64,000 nt of DNA. It comes from Welwitschia mirabilis (taxonomy: Eukaryota). The notes beneath the pieces were generated by a model. The model ran no database searches. It worked only from the letters and a program-made list of their open reading frames with translations, and was not told the origin of the DNA. The DNA lies in contig JBOZIK010000001.1 of the NCBI GenBank assembly GCA_051453625.1, forward strand, positions 36,798,763-36,862,762. The letters are read 5' to 3'. A program made the position numbers and the translations under genes. Each line of letters opens with the position of its first letter. Within the stretch, counting starts at the first letter, position 1. This document shows positions 51,318 to 64,000 of the stretch, piece by piece.

Positions 51318-53788
51318 TGTTGCGACGCCAACTTAAGTGTATTTGATAAGGTATTTTGCGTTGTTTTGCAGATAAACTAATAGATAAATGCTCAGTTTCT
51401 ATGATAACTGAGAATCTAGGAGCACAAGATAAAAACATGCAGTTTATCAGATAATTCACAAAGATTTTCTATAGATATGGATAAATTGTATTTTCAAATG
51501 ATTATTCCTGCAAACAACCTGATATCACACTGACAAAGAATGAGTAGAAGACAAAGAATGAGTAGAAGACTATCATCCCCCATGTCATCCAGACGACAGT
51601 CAGGACGACAATCCTAATTGGACATATAACAGACTTAATTCCATATAACTTGCAGATTGAACTGAACATCTTCTCGTTAGACTCCATTATCCATCTCATT
51701 GTCCAGACGACACTAGTGGACAACATTTTTAGAACCAGTTGACAGGACTTCGCATACAGATCATAGATAGTTAAACTAGAAGCAAACTAGATAACTCATT
51801 GTAAAACTCTATTGTCTCCTCCATCATTCGGACAACCACCTAGATGACACTGTTACCCCACACTTTCATAGATTGTATTCCTGAGTTGTTGCTTGTTAAT
51901 TGTGAGTTTCCCTTTCATGTTAGCTATAGTTTCTTTTATGCTTTTCTGTTAGTCCCTTTTCCCTTTCTNNNNNNNNNNNNNNNNNNNNNNNNNNNNNNNN
52001 NNNNNNNNNNNNNNNNNNNNNNNNNNNNNNNNNNNNNNNNNNNNNNNNNNNNNNNNNNNNNNNNNNNNNNNNNNNNNNNNNNNNNNNNNNNNNNNNNNNN
52101 NNNNNNNNNNNNNNNNNNNNNNNNNNNNNNNNNNNNNNNNNNNNNNNNNNNNNNNNNNNNNNNNNNNNNNNNNNNNNNNNNNNNNNNNNNNNNNNNNNNN
52201 NNNNNNNNNNNNNNNNNNNNNNNNNNNNNNNNNNNNNNNNNNNNNNNNNNNNNNNNNNNNNNNNNNNNNNNNNNNNNNNNNNNNNNNNNNNNNNNNNNNN
52301 GACGAGTAGAATAATGTCATCCCCTATGTCGTCCAGACAACAGATCACAGACTTAATTCGACAACCTTAGTTTGACAGATCATAGACTTAATTCTAGATA
52401 GCTTGCAGTTGAAGTAAACATCTTATCATCAGAGTTCATCGTCCACCTCATCATCCAGATAACACTAGTGGACGACATCTCCAATTTCAGTCGACAACAG
52501 TTTGCATGAAGATCAGAGAGAGTTAAACTGGAAGCAAACTAGATAACTCATTGTAAATCCCTGTCGTTTCCTCAATCGTCCAGAGGACCACCTGGACGAC
52601 ACTGTCCTCTAATACTTTTACACATTANNNNNNNNNNNNNNNNNNNNNNNNNNNNNNNNNNNNNNNNNNNNNNNNNNNNNNNNNNNNNNNNNNNNNNNNN
52701 NNNNNNNNNNNNNNNNNNNNNNNNNNNGAAGATTTCCTATAGATATAGATAAATTGTATTTTCAGATGATTATTCCAGCAAACAACCAGATATCACACTG
52801 ACAACGGATGATTAGAAGACTGTCGTCTCCTATGTCATCCAGACGACAGCCAGGACGACAACCCTAGTTCGACAGAAGACACACTTAATTTTAGATAGCT
52901 TGCAGATGAAGTGAAGTTCTTATCATCAGAGTCCATCATCCACCTCATTGTCCAGACGACTCTAGTGGACGACATCTCCAGAATCAGTCGACAACAGTTT
53001 GCATGCAGATTACAGATAGATGAAGTGGAAGCAAATTAAGATAACTCATTGTAAAACCCTGTCGTCTCCTCCATCGTCTGGATGACCAACTGGACGACAC
53101 TCCCCTCTGATACTTTTACACATTGTATTTCTGAGTTGTCACCAGTTATTTGTGACTTTCCCTTTCTTCATAGTTAGAGTTTATCTTATACTTTTCTGTT
53201 AGTCTCTTTATCCTTTTCGCCTATAAATAAAGGTCTCCCCCTCGATCCCTAATCATCTTCAATAGTACCTGACTTTCTCATGACAGGAGATCTTGGGACC
53301 GGAGAACCATCTAGTAATCCAGAGAAACGTTACCTTGGTGTTGGGCAGCGTATCCTCCATTGAGGAACGACTACTTTGTGATACAGATGTTATTTTATCT
53401 TTAATATGAATTTCTCTTAATAATTGCAGGAACTTATCCCTCATAGTTTATATTGTTTTAGATTCATGACAGGTTTCTCTATTTATATAGATTATGAGGG
53501 TAGCCTTCGTTAAGGTTGAGCTTAGCTAGATTAGGTGCATTACTATTTACTTTTATAGATTAGTCTTGCATTGCTTTTCTATTTCATGCATTGCAATTTT
53601 AATTTAATAGATTAAAGTTACACATTTCATTTCTGAAATCAACTCTTTATTGTCCATACCATTGGCCTTCGATAGAATTACGACATTCGAATCACTCCGT
53701 CTATACTAGCGTGTCGTATTTTGCATCTTATTATAATTAACAGGATTGAAATTAAACATGAACTATTGCACAAATACACACCGCAACA
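51318..53788 (+). mobile_element. Element E: young solo LTR related to the B/H LTRs
   Basis: Perfect terminal inverted repeat TGTTGCG...CGCAACA; perfect TSD GGTTT (51313-51317, 53789-53793); CTATAAATA at 53221. CCTTGGTGTTGGG..GTATCCTCCATTGAG is shared with the B LTR. Many CpGs are intact. Confidence 0.93.
51460..53215 (+). repeat. Three diverged tandem copies of a ~490-bp U3 unit, separated by N gaps
   Basis: 51460-51968, 52301-52627 (partial) and 52728-53215 are colinear; each contains GTCGTC...CCAGACGAC...GGACGACA motifs. Confidence 0.85.
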
Positions 53789-56700
53789 GGTTTATTTAAT
53801 TGCATCTAGCTATGGACACTCACTCACAATGTAGCTCTAATGATTAATTTATAGTAGATTTAACTACAGTAGAGTTATAAATGCTCATTTTTAATGGAGC
53901 ACTAACTTATCTATTTACAACATGTTTAACTTTATTAGAAGAAGGTGCCACAACATTGAATTCTTAATATGGTCAAATGCTTAAAAGATATCACTTATGA
54001 TTGTAAAAGGATAAGATTGGAAAAGAACTTAAGATGGGAGTGGATACTTTTTTTGAATTACTTATTTTAACATTTGGTACTTAAGATCTTTTACTACTCT
54101 TGATTAGTATGAATTTAATTTATCAATGCCTTACCTTATTTTAACTTAGATCCATAATTAAATAAACTTTTTTGGTTCATTACTTTAGTTTTGTAGTTTT
54201 ATTTATTCATATCATACATGGTAGAGTAATAGTTGAATTTTTATTTCCATCCATTTACCATTTCATACCATATGCATTTATCCTTTCATATCTATGAGAA
54301 GTATACTTAAAGGTATATTTGTATGTGTTGTGATGAAACATTCCCTTCCATAAATTAGACTAAGACTTAGATAGTTTAAAATATCATTAGGACTAAAAGG
54401 CTCTAATTTTACTAAATTTTTATTATAAGACTTCCTGTCATTTCATCAGTTTACCCATTACACTTCTGTAACCATCACATCATCACCTATTCATCATTCG
54501 AAATCCATAATCATCTACCATATAAAACAAGTTAGGCCATGAGACCTTATAGGTGTCATCATCCATTTCCTTCTATTCATCTCATGCTTCTTTACATAGA
54601 TTCTTATTTTGATCCAAATCATCTTAGATTGTTTACAAGTCATTATCTTTCACAAAAACATACTATGAGTTGGTTTTCATCCATTTTTCATCTCATTTTA
54701 GCACTCCTTTCGTTATCTTTATTTTCATTTTTTTTTTAATTTCTACCCCTTTTTCCTATTAACTTTTTATCTTTCTTCTTTCTTCCTTTACTCTATAATA
54801 ATCATTTGTGAAAACTTAATACTTAGAAATTACTCATGAAATTCCCTTCCACTACATGCATATTTAACATGTTCTCTTTTTTCCCTTTGCATTATAGATT
54901 ATTTTATTTCTTTGCATATTTATCTTTTCTAATAAAATGACACTTCATGAATAATGCATTCTAAAGATGTGATAACATGTTCTCAAAATTATATTAAATT
55001 TTTCGATTTTCTAAAATTTAAGAACACAGTTTAGTTGCTATTAAGGGATATGACATTTATTTTTCATAGAATTTTTTTGAATTTTGATGCCTTATTTTTT
55101 AAAATTGGTTGAAAATTTTTAAAATATATATCATTTTCTATATTTGGGTATTTTTCCTTAAATAACATTTTCTTGTTAATAATTGTTTATCAACATTTTC
55201 CTAAAAATCTAGTAAAAGTTTAGTTAGGAGGTGTGTTAACATGCAAAAATTGATTTTCAGACCAAGTATATTTGATCAATATACTTAGATGAAGATATTA
55301 AAATAATCATTTTATCATAAAATTATGTCTTATACCCTTTTTTATATGATTTGTAAATCAATGCATTTTCTATAACAATTTTAGGTAATTTGATGCATTC
55401 TACAAGACATACTGAATTTGAAGACAATCAAGTAAAAAGTGTCAGTGCTACCATTGTAACCACTAGCACCACCAGTTCTTTAGAGAAAAATAATGCAAAT
55501 ACTACATTATAAACTTGTCATGTCAAATTAATTACATTCTACTTGAGGTCTTAGTTAGAAATTAAATCAGAAATAACCATCAAATTTAATAACATATGGT
55601 GAAGGCATAAAATAAAACGTGGTTGTGACATTGGTAGTGACAAGTATGATGACATCAGAAGACATATGGCAATCACACCAGATGATAAAAGCAAAGGCTA
55701 CATCATCACTACTTTCATAAGAAAACAAAGATTTTCCTTAAAGCTCATAACAAAAATTATAACCTTTCAAATTATAATAGTCCATAGTGTAATCCTTTTA
55801 ATTCTAACCACTACCAACCACTATAAGCCAAAGGCTTTTAACCACTTATACTTTCATACATGCCTATAACATGGCCTTAATCTTTCATTGTAAAAGATAT
55901 TTGGTTAGGCAAACATAGTCAAAATTCCTTAAAGCATCATGTCAACATGGCTTTCTAAGCACCTCCTTTGAGAGTGAACTTATTTTGAGTCTAGTTCAAG
56001 GAGTCTATATTAACTTTATCTTTTTACTTTGATGTAATGTATTTTTTGTTTTATCATTAAGTTAGTTATTCATTCTTCAATTTGTTATATGCATAACTTG
56101 TACTTTTAATCCTTAAGTGAGACTACATTATCAAGTTTTTTCAATGCTGAGTGAATTCTTTAAGTTAGCATATTGGTTATAGTTTCTTTCATTCACTATA
56201 TTTTAAGTGCAATTATCCTTATTTTTCATGCTTATACATGGATATGGAGAATCAAAGTGACTATCAAATTTATCAATAGTTATGTGATCACCCCAAGCCA
56301 TTGTGACTTGATAATTTTATTTTGTTTTAGTAAAGTTATATGATATTATTGTAGTAAAGGTATGTTATTAGATAATTCAAGCTAGACTTTTAAAGCTTTT
56401 TGGTTTCCTTACTTTACCAATTAATGTTTATCTCAATCTCAACTCCTAATTTTTAATTGTTTTAATTTTATTATAAGAGTGATAATCTTATGTTACAATC
56501 TGGGAAGTGTTTGCCACTAACCTCTTCTCTGATAAGCACATATTCTCCACCTAATTTTTAAGCATCTAAAGAAAGTCAATCATAGAATTGTTCCTCTACC
56601 TCATGTTAAGCCATACAGTATAAATCAAATTATATAAATCTTAAGTGGGGAAGACTATTCACATTATGGAGGACAATGTGAAATGAAGCGAGCAGCATGG

Positions 56701-57699
56701 CTACACTTAAAGTCCCACATAAAGTCTATTACCTTAAAGTGATAATGAGTGTAAACATCATTCAAGAAAGATGGATGTGTGACCTATGTATGCAGTAGGC
56801 TAGAGAGAGATTGATACTCTTCTAATTGGTTCATCAATTCCTTAATCTTTAAATATAGGGCCTCCACCACTGATAATAACATGGTATGATACTTAATCTT
56901 ACTCATTAACTATAGGTTATGGAGCCATAAGTAGATGATGAGAAGGCTCTAGAGATTAATGAGTGACTAGTAGACTCTAACTTAGAGGCTAAAAATTAAG
57001 GGTTGAATATGACATATCCTTCTAATCCATTAATGCATCAAACTCATTAAAAACCTTACTCTGTTGAGACTCAGAGAGAAACAGTAAATTCATAAATATG
57101 CCAATGGAAGGAATAGAAGAAAATGAGTTACTTATTACTACATAATTCTCCATTAGCTTGCATAAAAAAGGGTTCTCTAGAGGTTATGGATTAAACTCCA
57201 GATCATCCTAGACTACTGTTTCAAAGCATGGAATCTAAAACAAAATTAAAGATAAAACATTATGTAAAAATATCATACTAAGTAAAAATAATAATTAAAA
57301 AAGGTAAAAAAGAGAACCAAGATAATACCCATGAGGCCAATGTTGTTAAGAAAAGCTAAGGGTAGTTTCTTCTTCTTCTAGTTCCTTGGACACTAGATGG
57401 TTAATTGGAGCTTTCTTCCATTTTTGGCAAGAAGAGTCACATGATCCTGAAGTCTTAGTCGTCCACAAACAATAATAAATAGAAAAAAATTCATCAAAAA
57501 TACACTTATTATTCAAAATTTTAATACAATGATTTATACCTCATATTAAATAGAAAAAGTACCCTAAGATGTTCCTCTAGGTTGATAGTCCCAAAAACCT
57601 TCATCCTATAAAGATGAGAAAGAATAAGAATGAAGTAAGGATTAAGCAGGAATTTCGTAAGGAGGTAAAATCAAAGATGGATCTACATCTGAAGATCTA

Positions 57700-58390
57700 A
57701 AGGGTTATAGGTTACTAAAACCCATGAAAGATAGCTACAAACCCAAGAAGGATGTACATGCAAAAATACTTACCCCTATCATCATTTTGCTTCAAATGAG
57801 TCAACTGAGAAAGAGTGGTGGAACAGACGATAGAGGCTCAATCCAAGAAAATTCCACTAACTAAAAATGGCAATAAATAAATTATATGAGTAGGGATTTC
57901 ACTCCACGCATGAAGGAAGGCCCTACCTGCAATCAATTTCTCAAACATTGCAAAATATGGGGTAGTGAAATTGGTAGTAGATAATCCATAGTAGTATGTA
58001 TCCACCTCCCACATGCATACAAAATTATCTAAGCAATTAGTCATGGAATAATGTAATTCTTTATCAGAGCAAGAGATCTTAGGAGAAACATAGTTACCTT
58101 GGCTTAATCTAAACACCAACCTTATACTTTCTTCTGAAACCTAGATCAATTCATATTGAGAATGGATGACAGTAGTTGTATAAGGATTGAAGGAAGAATT
58201 TAAAAAATCAAGAATAAAGAGAATAGTAGGATGGTGAAGTTGAAAGGAAGAAAAACCACATAAATCTATAAGTTTAGAAGAGAATATCCACAAGAAATCC
58301 TGCTCTATAGATCATTGTTAAATTTCCAACTCAGTAGTCCTAACATTTGTAAATTCCAAGAAATGACAGGACAAATTCTTTGGGTCATAC
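57700..58390 (-). pseudogene. Decayed retrotransposon accessory ORF, antisense to the downstream gag-pol (may extend to ~56750)
   Basis: Minus strand reads DFLWIFSSKLIDLCGFSSFQLHHPTILFILDFLNSSFNPYTTTVIHSQYELI*VSEESIRLVFRL...FAMFEKLIAGRAF...GIFLD*ASIVCSTTLSQLTHLKQ...KYFCMYILLGFVA. It is a long frame with few stops. The GxxxDWAxxxxxxxxxQL pattern recalls plant retroelement-associated accessory proteins. Confidence 0.6.
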
Positions 58391-58602
58391 CTTGATATGA
58401 AGATGCTATAAGTGAAAGCATTGGGAAATAACTTGTATTTATAAATAATGTGAACAATAAAAGACCTACATAAAATATATAAAAATCACTAAAAAATAAT
58501 ATAAAGGTGTCACATGAAAGAACGATAGTAAAAGAGGAAAAAAGAGCTATCAATTAACTAGGAATCATGAGGAAAATGAGGTAAAAATGAGGGGTACATA
58601 GG

Positions 58603-58612
58603 GTATTTATAG
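58603..58612 (-). promoter_or_regulatory. TATA box candidate for the minus-strand accessory ORF
   Basis: CTATAAATAC on the minus strand, followed by a CT-rich leader ~220 nt before the ORF. Confidence 0.5.
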
Positions 58613-58750
58613 TAGTTAACCAAGGGATAACTAAACCATAAGAGTAAAGTTAACTATAGTTAAACTAAAGTTAACTAACCTAGAGTTGAAGGAAGAAAAC
58701 TAAAGTTACCTCACAATACTAGGTCCCATGACAATAGCACATACTAGAGG

Positions 58751-59665
58751 GTTAATGTCATACTTAAGAGGTTGATGTCACACTCAGAAGTCCAATATCG
58801 CACTTAAGTACCGCATGTCACACTTTCCTCTTATGTACCTTTGACAAATTTCACTCTACTTTGGAATTAACTGTGCTCTTTTAGCCTATTTCATATTGAG
58901 GTCTTGACATCACACTTTAATCTTTAATGTCGTACCTAGGTATTCAACATTACACTTGGATGCCTGACATCGCACTTGCCTCCATAAGCTTCTGGCACCT
59001 CTTGCTCACTTTTGACATCATTCATTTTACTCTTGCCTACTATGTTAAAAGTCTTTGATGTTGCATTTGGATGTCCAATGTTATCCTTAAGTATCTAACA
59101 TCATACTTGTCCATGCAAGGCTCTAACACCTTGCATCAGTTATTCCAATCTAAATCAACACTATGATGAAGACTTTGACATTGCACTTAAATGCTTAATG
59201 TTGTACTTAGTTGTTTGACATTGCACTTAAGTACCCAATGTCATACTTGAACCCATAGCACTTCGGCACCTCTTGCAAGGTCCCAGCACTTCGCATGCCA
59301 TTAGGACATGATTCTTGGAGAAAGATTTGATGTCATACTTGAATGCTAGATATCACACTTGAGTGTTTGATGTCATACTTGCCTCTATAAGACTCCAAAA
59401 ATACCCACTTAACCTCAACATTAATCATGTTGCTTCAACTTGCATATGACAATAATCTCCGATATTGCACTGGGGTATCCCACATTACTTGAATGTTTGA
59501 CATTACACTTACTCCTGTAATATCTTGATACTTCTTGTTTAACTTTGGTAGTTACCACATCACCCATTCTCCCTCCATAATAAATCTATGAAGTTGCATA
59601 AGCATGTCTGATGTCACACTTGATTGTCCAACATTACACTTGAATACCCAATGTTGCACTTTGAT
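58751..59665. repeat. Higher-order tandem array: 7 clusters of 3-4 x 20-bp units separated by ~60-75-bp related linkers
   Basis: Example units GTTGATGTCACACTCAGAAG, TCCAATATCGCACTTAAGTA, CCTGACATCGCACTTGCCTC, TTTGACATTGCACTTAAGTA. Cluster starts are ~58751, 58903, 59053, 59173, 59326, 59458 and 59587. Confidence 0.9.
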
Positions 59666-60199
59666 TATGACACATATGTATCATTCAAGATCACACTTGG
59701 GACACTTAGTAACACACTTCCTTAACAATTACTACAAAAGGGGATCCACATCATTAAGGATTATTATGATAACTATTAACATCCCTTCTAACTTTTTTTC
59801 TAACTATCATTTAGTTATAGGTACCTAACTTTTTTAATAACACTATAAAAAAGGACATAATTCCACTAGAAAAAGCATATACTACTCTCAAAATAAAAAG
59901 TTAAAATGGAAAGGGGTGTGAGTCCAAGGGGATATTAAACCAACTAGTGCATTATGAAATACCAAGTGAATGAATAAATGATTAAAATAAAAACCTAACT
60001 TAACCACATTTGCTTACAAAATAAAATCCTTACCAGTAGGATTAATAACCTTCTCTTTCATCTAGAAGAAAGATTAATCAAACAAAATCTAAGGGCATAC
60101 TAATAACAACCATCTACATTGGGACAACATAGTGTAACTGGCAAAGTCGACATTCCAAACATCTAGATAGATAAAACTTTTAAACATAGAAGTAAATAT

Positions 60200-62521
60200 G
60201 TATGCCTTTCTATTAAATTGAGCAAACAACTCCAACATAGAACAACTGGAAGAAGAAGAGATTACCAAAATGATATGCCTTAAAATGTATGAAGGTAAAG
60301 CAAGGATAAGTAAAGAAGCCATTTCCTAAATTTAACAAATAAAAAACTTCTTTGACCTTTGAAATGTTTCATGAGAATACTGATGTGCATATATTGACAT
60401 CTTTCTTATTAAAAATGCATAAGAATGGTGGTCTAGATGTCAATATAAACATCCTTAATGAGTACCTTGGCATACCTTTGTTGATAAATTTAAAATGAAA
60501 TTCATTCCTGAATACTTCATAGAAGATTAAATGATGGAATTCTAATGCCTCTACTTAGGAAAATGCCCCTTAGATAAACACTGATTTGAATTCTAGCATC
60601 TTATGAAATACTAAAAGAACTTCATAGAGAAGTAGTTAATTAACAGTTTCAGTGAAACTCTACCACTTAAACTCAAAAGCATCCTCTACACCTTAGAAAT
60701 CAAATCCACTGAAGATTCCTACTATAAAATAAAACATTACCTTGAAAGGCAAGAAAATTGATGCCATGAGCCTCACCACTTGCAAGTAAATAGACCCAAC
60801 ATAACCAACATTTCATTGGCACATGAAACATTTATAATCAACATTACTTACCATTAATCCCACCAGAAGGGTTACATTGTCAAAAATTATCTACCCAAAG
60901 CTTGAGCACTAAATCTCCCTTAGAACAATTAGCCTTAAGCCTTATAGAATTTAGTCGCATAACCAAAAAGGGTGTATATCACCATCTAAATAGGTGTAAT
61001 TCATAACTAGTACTCTATCTTAGAATTACATGGTTAAATTTCAACTTTCTTTATTTTATTTCTAGTAAATAGTAATACCTTTTACAATTTCATTTCTCTA
61101 GCATTATTTTATAAATTAAACATCACCCTGTTCAAGGAATAAAAATATACCATAGGAATTACAAGGGCTAGTTTTTTTACACATGATAGAACTATCACTG
61201 TCATTAATTATACCATTCATGACTCACATTTTAGGAATAAGTTTTATGTCTTTTATGTTAGAGAATATCATGCCATTTTTGGTATTTCATTCTTAATTAA
61301 ATATAATGTGCGAATCAATTTTGGCTAATGCACCCTCCTACTAATAACTTCATTTGAAGAATAAATCTTAAAGAGGAAGGGAAGGAATAAGAAGATATCT
61401 TTGACCTCACCTAATCATATTTTAAAAGTACTCAAAATAAACTAAGTCTTCATTACCCTAATTTAAGTAGAAATTGTAAAGAGAATCCCACATTACTAGT
61501 AGAATTATGAGAATTTTCCAAGGTATTTGAAGATTCTAAGAGGCTGCCACCCAAGAGGAGAGTGGAGTACATAATCAACTTATTCCTTGGTGCATAACCA
61601 ATAGCTCGATCTCCCTATCAATTCTCAGTGATAGAATTAAGGAAACTAAAACTACAAATTGAACAACTACCTTTAAAAGAAAATATCCATCCTAGTGTAT
61701 CACCTTGAGGAGTTCCAATACTCTTCATGAAGAAAAAGAATGGTACCTTATGACTTTACATTAATTATAGATAGCTAAACAAGATAACCATAAAAAATAG
61801 GTATCTTTTATCAAGAATTAATGACCTATTAGATCAACTTAAAGGAGTCGAAATCTTCTCAAAGATAAACTTAAAATCTGGATACTATCAAATTTGCATC
61901 AAAGATGAAGATATCTACAAAACTACCTTTAGAATAAGACATGGATATTATAAGTTTGTAGTGATGCCCTTCAATTTGACAAATGCTTCTGGTACTTTTA
62001 TGAGCTTTATGAATGATATTGTTTAACCTTATTTAGATAAATTTATAGTTATATTTTTAGACAATATTCTTTTATATTTCGAAAGCTGAGATGATCATGT
62101 TGCACACATAAAGCAAATTTTACAGGTTCTAACTTGACATGATTTTAAAGCCAAGTTGAGAAAATGTGACTTCTTCTAGATAGAAATCAGTTACCTAGGA
62201 CACATTATTTTTAGTAAATGAATCGCCACTAATCTAGCCAAAGTACAGGCTATAAGGGAATGGTTAGAATTAAAGGTTGTCACACAAGTTTTAAGCTCTT
62301 TAAGGTTTACTAGCTTTTACTAAAAATTCATCCCATGATTCTCCAACTTGTAGCACCACTAATAGATTTAACTAGATCAACATCTGCATTTAACTTTAAT
62401 GATAAATGCAAGGAGGCATTTCTTAAGCTAAATTTATAACTTACAATAGCACTTATTCTCAAAATTATAGACATCAATAAATCATTCATAGTTGTCACTG
62501 ATGCTTCTACTCAAGGTATAA
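60200..62521 (+). pseudogene. Element F: chromovirus-type Ty3/gypsy gag-protease-RT, cut at the start of RNase H
   Basis: Gag: A*EWW...WHTFVDKFKMKFIPEYF. Protease: VNSNTFYNFIS and [73 protein letters not shown]. RNase H start: VVTDASTQG. These motifs differ from the Athila-type RTs. Confidence 0.92.
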
Positions 62522-64000
62522 TGTCACATCCCAAATTTTTAATGAAGTTTTAAATGTCTTAATTAATAAGTTAAAAGAGAATATGAAATTTTATAAGGCT
62601 AATAATTATGTTAATTCCTAGATGTTTTCCTTTATAGCTAATAGTCTCATGATAATTATTTTATACTTTGGCTTTATTTAATTAATTTCTCATCTTATCA
62701 ATACTAATGAGTTGTGAATTTGAAATGGAAATTATTTTGAATAGAGATGCTTAATGTCTAGAGTAATTATTTTTAAATGTTAAAGAAATTTTTATAATGT
62801 TTTTGAAATGTTTTATTATTGTTGCTAATGTCTCATTTAATATTTGTTAATTATGATAAGCATAATTGTTATTTATTATTTACCTAGTGACCTGGTAAGG
62901 TAATGTAATCTCCATCACTTCATCATCACCTTCACTACCTTCAACACTTACACCACACCACTTCCACCACCTTTATCACTTTTATCATACCACTTTCAAC
63001 AACTCCACCACTTTTACCACACCACTTCCACCATCTCTACCACTTTCACCACTCTCTTAAGTAATGCCTCTTCATATCCTATACTTTCTACTATAAATAG
63101 AATCTTCCTCTTTTCATATTTCTTATACTATTAAATCTTTTGATCTTAATCTTAGAGCTTAGAAAAGCCTTGAAGCCTTGTAATCTTCACGAGATCTTAA
63201 CTTTTGTCTTGAAATTAGTATGGTTATGGTCTTTCATCTTATTTCTGGTATGGTATATCATTTTATTTCTTGTATGCTTTATGGACTACCATCTATTTCT
63301 TATATGATCCAATTAATGGCTGTGAATTCAATTTTATACTTTGAACTCATGAACAAATTATGCAACTTCAAGGGCTAGGCCACCTAAAGCACTCCCATTA
63401 GCCATGGAAGTGAGCTGTTAGAGTGATCAGTGTGATTTTTGTAACTCATCTAGTTGTGCGTGACATGATGTTTTATGACTTCAGGGGGTTATCCCACTTG
63501 AAGGGTTCTTATTAGCCATAGGAATAAAGTTTTAGACAAATGGGTATTTTTAACATCCTTCTGATAGAGCATTTTATTCACTATATATTCTTGGATTATT
63601 GAGATTTGTATATGTGTATTCACATTATTGTATCTTGTATGAAGCTTTAGTTACATACGATTATCTTGAGGATCCCATCATGAGCTTGGAAAACCTCTTT
63701 ATCTAAAACCTTATCATGAATCATACTAGGAACTATTAAGGTTTCAGCTTTCACACCATGCTTGCATGTATAGGATCCATCACAAGGATGGCCTTTGAAT
63801 AAGCCAGCTGTTGAAGTTCGGATTGAATGTTGTATTCATATTTGTTGCTTAAAATCATGCATGTAGTTGAAGAACCATTGATGTCTTAAAAATTTGGATT
63901 ATTTATGATAATTATACTTATATTTGTTAAGGAAGAGTTCCAAAATTTTGTATATAACTTTGTAATTATTATTTCCTTTTTGAAGATTTCAAATGTTTAG
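62522..64000 (+). mobile_element. Start of a long Tekay/Del-like LTR inserted into element F (continues beyond the window)
   Basis: TGTCACATCCC begins abruptly after the RNase H codons QGI. It is followed by an AT-rich U3, CAC-rich repeats (62915-63055), CTATAAATAG (~63091) and a repeated ATTAGCCAT.G motif (63397, 63511). Confidence 0.75.

Larger units (their letters stand above)
51150..56490 (+). mobile_element. Element D: 3' non-coding region, PPT and truncated 3' LTR (55234-56490) of a relative of element C
   Basis: 51160-51317 plus 53794-53900 matches C 38040-38290; 55020-55233 matches C 39940-40151; PPT TAGTTAGGAGGTG precedes TGTTAACAT at 55234. Confidence 0.78.

Noticed and set aside
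58751..59665. CRISPR-like repeat/spacer array
   Set aside because: Units are head-to-tail in clusters, the linkers are related to each other (e.g. GGCACCTCTTG recurs), there are no cas genes, and the context is a plant retroelement.

Overview
AT-rich plant genomic DNA from a gapped assembly. It consists almost entirely of old, nested, heavily C>T/G>A-decayed transposons, and I find no intact host gene. Reconstructed layout: (1) A minus-strand Athila-type Ty3/gypsy element H (<1-28474) is interrupted in its RT by Athila-type element A (81-11991, minus, with an env-like extra ORF) and in its gag zinc knuckle by Athila-type element B (13905-24498, plus). (2) A deleted plus-strand Athila-type element C (~29260-51150) has its RT split by a 6-kb TSD-flanked insert that contains a SIRE-like solo LTR. 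Its 3' LTR is split by a 9.6-kb CACTA element (40581-50223, TSD ATC). The CACTA carries a captured receptor-like cytoplasmic kinase fragment, other gene-like fragments and a CpG-preserved island behind a tRNA-Met PBS. (3) The 3' end of a sister element D (~51150-56490) contains a young solo LTR (51318-53788, TSD GGTTT). (4) A 3.3-kb module holds a minus-strand accessory ORF, a TATA box and a higher-order array of ~25 x 20-bp units whose core reconstructs to CGACGTCGCACTT. (5) A chromovirus-type gag-pol (60200-62521) is cut at RNase H by a Tekay-like LTR. All family assignments come from manual translation and motif recall, not database searches. Coordinates marked approximate may be off by tens of bases.
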